Source: an uncultured Planctomycetota bacterium
GTDB lineage: Bacteria > Planctomycetota > Phycisphaerae > Tepidisphaerales > Tepidisphaeraceae
NCBI GenBank assembly: GCA_963841915.1
Contig: CAWJEN010000005.1
Location: 160,001 to 224,000, forward strand
Direction: 5' to 3'
Length of the DNA stretch: 64,000 nt
A program made the translations under genes and the position numbers. Below, piece by piece: positions 57,091-64,000 of the stretch. The notes below the pieces were generated by a model. That model did no database searches. It was not told the origin of the DNA and saw only the letters and a program-made list of their open reading frames with translations. Each line of letters starts with the position of its first letter. Within the stretch, counting starts at the first letter, position 1.

Positions 57091-58263
57091 TCAGTACGGG
57101 GCGTTGTCGCCACGCTGCCACCACTCTTCGCCGTCGTCTTCGTCTTCTTCGCTGTCCGTGCCGAGGTCGGGCTCGCCTTGGCGAACGACGGCTGTGAGCG
57201 CTCCTGCAAAGGCTTCGGCTGCCATCTGCAGCACGCGGCTCTCACGGTCGCCGAGCGGCTTGTCGTCGCGACGCGTCAAGACAATTGTGGCCAAAGGCTC
57301 GGCTAAGTACGTGCAACGGGCGGCCAGCACCACGTGGTCGACAAGCTGGGAAAGCTCCGCATCCAAAACGTCGATCTCCGGCAGCATGGCCTCGGGCTCG
57401 GCACGGAAGACCGCGCCTTCTGTCTCATCTTCAACCCGCGGCAGGACGACTGTCGACAGCCACTCGACGACCGCTGCCTCACCGGCCACGGTGTGCTTCA
57501 TGTACGCCCCAAGCTCCGAGCGCCCCTCGTCATCGTCAAGGAAGATGGCAATGTTGCAATGCCCCGCGTGCCGCAGCAGCCAGTCCATTGTGTGGCACAG
57601 CAACTGCTCGAGATCAGCCGCTCCGCCGAGCAGAGAGCGGAGGTGGCCGCCGAGGCGGACTTCCTCGACCTGCTTGGCCACGTCGCCGTAACCGTCGACA
57701 AAATCGTTGCACAGCACGTCGACCTTCTGACTCACGGCCCGACGGGCGATGTTGAGCGTCCGAACAGCCGCCCGCAGGCGGTCGAGGCGGCGGTCGAACT
57801 TGTCCTCGCTCCACGCCTTCCCGGCCACGCGGCGTAAACGCTTCTGCAGATCCGCGGCATCCACCAGGGCAGACGGAACATAGTCGCACGCGCCGCGTTG
57901 CACGGCGAGCACTGCTCGGTCGAGCGTCGGCTGGCGGTCTGCGACGACGATGGGAACTGGTGCCTGCGTAAGTTGGCGACTCATCGAGAGTAGCGTGCTG
58001 TCGTCGGAGCTGGTCACGACAGCGACCGGCCCATCACATGCCTCGATCTCGCTGACGATCTCGTCGGCGTTTACACGCCGAACGTTGCCGTTGGTAGCGT
58101 CGCGAACGGCCCGCACCTCTTCCGTGTCACTTGCTACTACAAGCCACGACATGTCAGCGACGGCACGGGCGGCAATCTTGCGACCGGCGGCGCGGCCGAC
58201 GCGACGGCGGCGAACGGGTTGGACTACAGGCGAAGTGGCGGAGGGCGTCATTGGTGGTGGCAA
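57091..58263 (-). CDS. Receiver-like domain / coiled coil / GAF-like regulatory protein
   Basis: 'AVLAVQRGACDYV' receiver tail, coiled coil 'KVDVLCND'; start uncertain. Confidence 0.65.
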   Translation of the reverse strand: MPPPMTPSATSPVVQPVRRRRVGRAAGRKIAARAVADMSWLVVASDTEEVRAVRDATNGNVRRVNADEIVSEIEACDGPVAVVTSSDDSTLLSMSRQLTQAPVPIVVADRQPTLDRAVLAVQRGACDYVPSALVDAADLQKRLRRVAGKAWSEDKFDRRLDRLRAAVRTLNIARRAVSQKVDVLCNDFVDGYGDVAKQVEEVRLGGHLRSLLGGAADLEQLLCHTMDWLLRHAGHCNIAIFLDDDEGRSELGAYMKHTVAGEAAVVEWLSTVVLPRVEDETEGAVFRAEPEAMLPEIDVLDAELSQLVDHVVLAARCTYLAEPLATIVLTRRDDKPLGDRESRVLQMAAEAFAGALTAVVRQGEPDLGTDSEEDEDDGEEWWQRGDNAPY

Positions 58264-58451
58264 AGCAACGGCGTGCGGTTCGGGCGCAAATGCCCGTCCG
58301 CTGTTGCGTCGTCATCGCCACGAGCCAACTTGATGCCGCTGCCGACGACCCTGCTACCTGTCGACATCGCCTTCAACTATTGGACGCTGTTCACGCGAAG
58401 CGGGCGACCTGTAGAAGGTCGCCCGCTTCATGAACTAGTAAAGGACTTGCC

Positions 58452-58778
58452 TCAGACGCCTTCAGGTTCGTCAGGCGTATTGAGCATGGTCGCACCGACG
58501 TTGCCCGTCGCCGTCGCAGCCGGAGCTGTGACTCCGACCGACTCAGTGGCCGCGGGAGCTTCCTGGATCCGACGCATCGTCAGCTCGACCACGTCGGCAG
58601 AGGGTGTCGGCACTTGCATGGCGTCGAGCAGCCCGAGCAACTGCCCGGCGTGCTTAGTGCGATCAGCCAGCGAAGCCGAAGCGGCCTTGGCATCAGGATC
58701 AAGCAAGACATCGACCGCGTTGGCGTCAACCGCCTGAAGCCGAAAGTCGGCGGACGTTGCGGAAGGTTGGGGGTTCAT
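58452..58778 (-). CDS. Hypothetical protein downstream of the ECF sigma (anti-sigma-like candidate)
   Basis: 'LLGLLDAMQVPTPSADVVELTMRRI'; position. Confidence 0.5.
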   Translation of the reverse strand: MNPQPSATSADFRLQAVDANAVDVLLDPDAKAASASLADRTKHAGQLLGLLDAMQVPTPSADVVELTMRRIQEAPAATESVGVTAPAATATGNVGATMLNTPDEPEGV

Positions 58779-58976
58779 CGCGGGCTCCAAAGCAATCGGA
58801 TCAAAGGTGCAGCGGCAAAGCGGCGTTGGGTAGTCGACGAGCCTCGACAGGTAAGCCAAGGTCGTGGCTGCCTCATTTCATCGGCAGCATCGTCTTCGTC
58901 TGTTTGCTACGACAACCGATGACAAGCGTTCGGTCAAGTTCTGAAAAGGGAACTGACGGTCGAATCTGCACATCCT

Positions 58977-59660
58977 TCAGGCCATCCGATCGCTCGCGTC
59001 CGTCGCTCGCGTTCCGTCAATGCTGAGGCCGTGGCTGTTCTGCCAGCGTTCGGCAAATGTTGCCACTGCCGCGTGCAGACGGCTCTTAACGGTTCCGAGC
59101 GGAATCTCGAGAATGTCCGCGATCTGCTTGTACGGAAACTGGTGGAAGTAGCTCAGCAGCAGGATCTCCCGCAGGTGGTCCGGTAATTCTTCGACGACAT
59201 TCCGCACCTGATCTGAAAGTTCCTGCCGCTTGGCCGGCTCGTCGATATCGGGCACATCAGCAGCCATCAGGTCGACGAAGGTGCCACCGTCACCGTTGGC
59301 CCCGCCGCTGATCTTGGCATCCAAGGGTGCCGCCGGCCGACGGGCTTGGCTCCGCATGAGGTCGCGAGCCTTGTTGGCTGCAATCGTGAACAACCAAGGC
59401 CGAAATCTGCGGGTCGGGTCAAAGCTGTGTCCGCTCTGGTGGACCTGGAGGAACGCTTCCTGGAAGATGTCTTCTGCTGCCGTCCGGTCACCGAGGAAGC
59501 GAGCCAGGAAGGCGTACAGCTCTCGCTCGTAGCGGGCAACGAGCTGCCGAAACGCGGCCAGCTCCCCATTGAGATACCGCTCGAGCAGTTGCTCGTCGGT
59601 CGCAAGTTCGGTGGCGCTGCCGCTCTTGGTGTTGGAAGATGTCTTCGCGGCCACGGCCAT
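58977..59660 (-). CDS. ECF RNA polymerase sigma factor
   Basis: AEDIFQEAF, FRPWLFTIAAN, LP...REIL...YKQIA.IL.IP.GTVKSRLH. Confidence 0.95.
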   Translation of the reverse strand: MAVAAKTSSNTKSGSATELATDEQLLERYLNGELAAFRQLVARYERELYAFLARFLGDRTAAEDIFQEAFLQVHQSGHSFDPTRRFRPWLFTIAANKARDLMRSQARRPAAPLDAKISGGANGDGGTFVDLMAADVPDIDEPAKRQELSDQVRNVVEELPDHLREILLLSYFHQFPYKQIADILEIPLGTVKSRLHAAVATFAERWQNSHGLSIDGTRATDASDRMA

Positions 59661-59766
59661 CGGCAGCGACTATACGAGCCGGTCTGTCGATGGCAGGCAG
59701 AAACTGTGTTGAAACGCGTTCGCTCCCGAACATGGCAAGATGTAGTGACGTACAACCGGGCTTCCC

Positions 59767-60870
59767 ATGCCGACAACTCTGCCGAGCCTTTTTGATCTGG
59801 ACGAAGCGGCCGCCGGTGAGCTGGCCCGGTCGTGGGGCTGGCCAGCGTTCCGTGGCAAGCAACTTCGGCAGTGGGTGTTCGACAAGCTCGAGAGCGACCC
59901 GCGCCGCATGACGAACCTGCCTGCCGCGACACGCGGTGAGTTGCACGAGCGTGTCGACCTCACTGCAGGCGAAGTCGTCACCGACCAGCTGTCCGACGAC
60001 GGCACGCACAAGATGCTCATCTCCTGGCCCGACGGGGCAGAGGCCGAGTGCGTCATGATCCCAGACGGCGATCGGCGGACGGCGTGCGTGAGCAGTCAGG
60101 TCGGTTGCCCCGTCGGCTGCCGATTCTGTGCCAGCGGCGTGGCCGGTTTAAAGCAGAACCTGACGGCCGGCCGCATCCTGCAGCAGGTCTGGCACTTGAC
60201 CCGCGGCCTCCGCTCACGCGGCGACCGCACCGGCCGAATCACCAACCTCGTCTTCATGGGCATGGGTGAACCGCTCAGCAACTACGGCCCCGTGGTCACC
60301 GCCGCCCGGATGCTGCATGACGAGAAAACCTTCGGCCTCGGCTGGCGACGCATCACACTCAGCACCGTCGGCGTCCCGCCCCGCATGCGTCAGCTTGCTG
60401 ATGAGGACATCCCGATTAACCTCGCCCTGTCGCTGCACGCCCCCGAAGAACACCTTCGGCGGCAGATCATCCCATGGGCAGAGCATTTCGAGCTAGGCGA
60501 CATCCTCGACGCCTGTCGGTACTACTTCGAAAAGACCGGCCGCGAGGTGACGTTCGAGTACATCCTGCTCAGCGGCGTCAACGACGCACCGCACCATGCC
60601 AAGCGACTGGCCACCATCTGCCGCAACGGCGGGTTCAAGGTCAACGTTAATCTGCTGCGTTACAATGAAGTCGAAGGGCTGCCGTTCGCCCGACCGGCCG
60701 GTGATGCTGTGATGAAGTTCCAGCAGATTCTGCGGGACGTCGGCATCAACGTCCACGTCCGCAAAAGCCGCGGCCGCGATATTGACGCCGCCTGCGGCCA
60801 ACTCCGCCGCAAACAGTCAGCCGCCGACGTGTTGGAATTGGTGCAACTCGGTGCTCAATCTTCAGCTTGA
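59767..60870 (+). CDS. rlmN: Dual-specificity RNA methyltransferase RlmN
   Basis: CVSSQVGCPVGCRFC, FMGMGEP, SLHAP, DIDAACGQL. Confidence 0.96.
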   Translation: MPTTLPSLFDLDEAAAGELARSWGWPAFRGKQLRQWVFDKLESDPRRMTNLPAATRGELHERVDLTAGEVVTDQLSDDGTHKMLISWPDGAEAECVMIPDGDRRTACVSSQVGCPVGCRFCASGVAGLKQNLTAGRILQQVWHLTRGLRSRGDRTGRITNLVFMGMGEPLSNYGPVVTAARMLHDEKTFGLGWRRITLSTVGVPPRMRQLADEDIPINLALSLHAPEEHLRRQIIPWAEHFELGDILDACRYYFEKTGREVTFEYILLSGVNDAPHHAKRLATICRNGGFKVNVNLLRYNEVEGLPFARPAGDAVMKFQQILRDVGINVHVRKSRGRDIDAACGQLRRKQSAADVLELVQLGAQSSA

Positions 60871-60885
60871 GCATCAAAGGTCAGG

Positions 60886-61701
60886 CTACTGCTCAGCCGA
60901 CGCTCGGGTCAGGGTCGCCCGTTGCGGGACGAACAGCAAGAGGACCTCCTCGTCCTGCCGCTCGGGTCGGAACCATTGGCCTCCGATGGTGGTGTCGCGT
61001 CCGGCTTCGGGAGAGGCCGAGACGAGCAGGTACCCGCCGTCTGGAATGTCGACCGTCACGCGCGCGGCCGTCAGGGCTTCGTCGACCGACAGCGATCGCA
61101 CCGCGTCTCGGCCGGTGGCGGTGAAGCGGGTTTGCCCGCGGGAGGATTGAACGCGTGGCACGAGCGAGAGTCGCGTCATCGCCCCACCGCCACCGGGCGT
61201 CGGGGCATAGGTCACAGCCAGCGAAAGCGACGCAGGGCCGAACGTTCTGCCGCCGAGACCTTGATCGTCGTGCCAGAAGACCGTCGTCGACATTTGCCGT
61301 GCGGCTTCTTCATCGCTCGGCATGAGCACGTCAAACCGCTGCGGCGTCAGGTCCGCGGCAATGCTCGTCCGCGACTCGACCTGATTCCCGCCAGCGGTGC
61401 GGGCGAGCTCCTCGAGATCACTCGCATTACCAATGCCGACACGCAGCCCGTTGGCCCAGAGTCGGTCACGATCTGCGGCATCGACGGCCGTCTCGTCAAC
61501 GCGCGACCAGGCGGCGTCGGCGCCATACAGCGAGACGAACATCCGGTGCGTCATCAGCATCCGACGTGCAGTCGGCAGCGGTGCCGGATCCGTCGGCCGC
61601 GGTTGTACCGTCCGCACCGTCGCCGACGCCGCAGGCGCCGCCCGCTCCGGGCCACAGCCGAACATCATCAGCAGCAAAAATAAGAGCCCAAGCCGCTTCA
61701 T
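60886..61701 (-). CDS. Lipoprotein
   Basis: MKRLGLLFLLLMMFGC lipoprotein signal. Confidence 0.6.
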   Translation of the reverse strand: MKRLGLLFLLLMMFGCGPERAAPAASATVRTVQPRPTDPAPLPTARRMLMTHRMFVSLYGADAAWSRVDETAVDAADRDRLWANGLRVGIGNASDLEELARTAGGNQVESRTSIAADLTPQRFDVLMPSDEEAARQMSTTVFWHDDQGLGGRTFGPASLSLAVTYAPTPGGGGAMTRLSLVPRVQSSRGQTRFTATGRDAVRSLSVDEALTAARVTVDIPDGGYLLVSASPEAGRDTTIGGQWFRPERQDEEVLLLFVPQRATLTRASAEQ

Positions 61702-62192
61702 CACGTCGACGACGGTAGCAGAAACCCAAGATGATGCCCCGCGTGCCGAAGGTGCAAGAGGTGCCATCGTCCAGCTTCGAGGCGGCCGAACAGCGGGCTC
61801 CGTTGGAAGATGCCATCAGCGTCGAGCCGTTCCTGCACCCGCTGACACGACGTCGCGAACAGGTCGACCTGAATCGCATCCTGCTCGTCCGCCACCTTCG
61901 GCTGCATCCGCTTGGGCGCGGGCATATTGGCGGGCATCGGTTTGCTCAAAGCCTTGTCAGACAAAGCAAAGCGACGCATCAGCGGCGGGATCGGCCACGG
62001 CATGTTCCACATGTCAAACCCGTCCAGGCTGCAGTTCTGCGTCATCGAAAGGTGCTCGCACACGCGGCCGAGCGACCACTTGCCCGCGCGCGTGTATCCG
62101 CCGTCTAGCAGTCGCCGGGCCTCAATTACTGCGTCGTCGAGCGTGTCAAACGTGAGGTGGCGTCGCCCTGCCTGTTGCGTCGCTTGCGTCAT
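61701..62192 (-). CDS. DUF1569 (DinB-like) protein
   Basis: RRHLTF, GKWSLG..CEHL, SPLFGRL...W..LHLRH..HHL. Confidence 0.85.
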   Translation of the reverse strand: MTQATQQAGRRHLTFDTLDDAVIEARRLLDGGYTRAGKWSLGRVCEHLSMTQNCSLDGFDMWNMPWPIPPLMRRFALSDKALSKPMPANMPAPKRMQPKVADEQDAIQVDLFATSCQRVQERLDADGIFQRSPLFGRLEAGRWHLLHLRHAGHHLGFLLPSST

Positions 62193-62201
62193 GCACGCAC
62201 C

Positions 62202-62801
62202 TTAACGCGGCTGCGTCGCTGGTGGTGACGCAGCGTGCGACCAAACGACCTTCTTCGTCACATCGAGCACGGTCTTCGACTCATCAAGCACTGCCGTCAC
62301 CCGCGTGGCGGTCGCCGCGTCGACCAATCGCCAGGTGTGACCTTCAACGTTTGCCTCATGCTCCGCCCCGTCGACGTGGACCGTCACCTTGCTGCCCGGA
62401 AACACCTCGCCGCGTAGGCCGTCGCTGAACCGCTCGACGAACAGGAACGGCCCCTGCTCCCGACCCGCGGTCGACATCGCGGCATTGTAAGCCACCTGGG
62501 CGTCGAACTCGGCACCGTCAATGGGTGCAAACCCCGGCCCTTCGGTCATCTCACGCACGACGCCAGCAAGCTCCGCTCGCCCATAGTCCGCGGCGAACCC
62601 TTCGCCCCAAAAGGACCCGTACTTGCCGTGACACGACGCACAGTTCGCGTTGAAAAACGTGATCGGCGCGATCGACTCGCCAGGCTCCGTCTCTGCCGCG
62701 GCAGCGCTTGCGACCTCTCGTGGCACGGCAGCGGTAAGCAACAACATCATACCTACGACGATCGGCAGCAGGTGATGCACGACACGCATCATACAGCTCA
62801 T
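62202..62801 (-). CDS. Secreted c-type cytochrome
   Basis: Signal peptide; CASCH haem motif; distal Met. Confidence 0.7.
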   Translation of the reverse strand: MSCMMRVVHHLLPIVVGMMLLLTAAVPREVASAAAAETEPGESIAPITFFNANCASCHGKYGSFWGEGFAADYGRAELAGVVREMTEGPGFAPIDGAEFDAQVAYNAAMSTAGREQGPFLFVERFSDGLRGEVFPGSKVTVHVDGAEHEANVEGHTWRLVDAATATRVTAVLDESKTVLDVTKKVVWSHAASPPATQPR

Positions 62802-62807
62802 CCCGCC

Positions 62808-63878
62808 CTACGCCGCAAGCCGCTTCATCGTCGGCAACGGCAACGCGTCCGGCAACGACTTCGCCACCGCGTACCGCGCCCGACTCTCCAGCAGGTGCGC
62901 GTGCTCCGGCCGATTCACCTGCTCCAGGTAACGGTCCCGCAGCTCCCGACACTGCGCGATCAGCTTCGGATCGATCGTCACCTTCGCCTTCGGCGTCGAC
63001 GCCGTCAGCTGCTTCTCGACCGCCTTCGGTGCCTCCACCACCTCAGCCTCCACGGGCGTTTCCACCACCACCTCCACCTCCGTCGTCGGCGGCGGGCCGA
63101 ACTGCAACGGCGCCTTCTTTGTCACGACCGGCGGCGGGACTGCCACGACCTTCGCCTTCTTCACGCGCGGTTTCCGCTCGGGCTTGGGCTCTTCCTTCGC
63201 CTCGATGGTCGGCATCGGCTCGCTCCAGTGCAGCCCCGGCGGGATCGGCAACGCCAAACGATCCTCCCGCATCTGACCGCCCTCCGTCTTGTGCGGATAC
63301 CACCACTTCGTCCCCCCCACGCCCTCGTCCCCCTCGACGATCTTCTTCTGCCAGAAGATGTGCACGCGCTTCTTCGCCGTGCTCCCGCCGCGGAACGCGA
63401 TCGGCACGAACCCCATCGCCTCCCAGAACCGGTTCGCCGGCAGGTCCTGCGCACACCAACAGCAGAACAGCCGACACCCGTACGCACTCCGCTCGAACAC
63501 TTCCTTGAGCAACGTCGCCCCGATGAGCGTCCGCTGCGCCGTCGGATCGACGCACAACTGATAGACCACGCCCAGCTCGTCACGCTTCAGGTACCGGTCG
63601 CGATACATCACATACCCGACCGCCTTACCCGTCCCCCCCACGCCCCCCACGCCCGCCACGCCCCCCACGCCCGCCTCCTCCGCGATCAGCAATCCGTCCA
63701 GTTTGATGTACCCCTCGAACTGCTGCGTCGTCGAGTACCCGAGCTGCTTCGAGTGCTTCTTGTGCAGCGCATCGATCCATGGCAGGTCGTCCCGCGTCGC
63801 CAGTCGCACCGTGATCGGCGCGTTCGGCACGGGCAGCGAAGACGTCGAACCGTTACGGATGGAAAGGGTGTTCATCAC
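62808..63878 (-). CDS. GNAT family acetyltransferase with Pro/Lys-rich tail
   Basis: VRLATRDD, QLCVDP..QR..IG..LL, ANRFWEAMGF. Confidence 0.85.
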   Translation of the reverse strand: MMNTLSIRNGSTSSLPVPNAPITVRLATRDDLPWIDALHKKHSKQLGYSTTQQFEGYIKLDGLLIAEEAGVGGVAGVGGVGGTGKAVGYVMYRDRYLKRDELGVVYQLCVDPTAQRTLIGATLLKEVFERSAYGCRLFCCWCAQDLPANRFWEAMGFVPIAFRGGSTAKKRVHIFWQKKIVEGDEGVGGTKWWYPHKTEGGQMREDRLALPIPPGLHWSEPMPTIEAKEEPKPERKPRVKKAKVVAVPPPVVTKKAPLQFGPPPTTEVEVVVETPVEAEVVEAPKAVEKQLTASTPKAKVTIDPKLIAQCRELRDRYLEQVNRPEHAHLLESRARYAVAKSLPDALPLPTMKRLAA

Positions 63879-64000
63879 AATCCTTCAAAGGGAGTAAGGC
63901 AACGGCAGATCCGTCGCTCCGGTCCATCCGCTCCACCCCCCACGCCCCCCACGCCCCCCGCCCCATCCACGGCGACGATGCCGTTGTCGGCCGAGGCGTT

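Overview
High-GC bacterial chromosome segment. Gene content (DUF1501/DUF1800 pair, long YidC, PKD/beta-helix proteins) suggests Planctomycetota, probably Phycisphaerae; this is inference. Host genes fill about 1-21.6 kb and 56.3-64 kb: PHP-GT4 fusion, two perfect parS palindromes, fusA, a galactoside-use cluster, yidC, hom, nnrD, mscS, recO, an ECF sigma and rlmN. Between them is a ~34.6-kb siphovirus-like prophage integrated in tRNA-Lys(TTT), bounded by an exact 44-bp direct repeat (21640-21683 and 56245-56288) with TCACAACC arm-type repeats at both ends. Notable prophage features: (i) a miniature ice-nucleation-protein homologue with InaZ-like N and C caps around 12 GTATAGxx repeats; (ii) a T4 gp55-like sigma domain fused to two HTH domains, plus a second sigma-like gene; (iii) a structured non-coding tract with a 75-nt tRNA-like element, followed by a degenerate metallopeptidase-family gene and a CsrA homologue that share a leader motif; (iv) att splits the early genes and also separates host recO from tRNA-Lys; (v) non-canonical catalytic residues in the integrase and repressor; (vi) four single-base frameshifts, including in terminase and major capsid. 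All family assignments come from motif recognition by eye; no database search was run.
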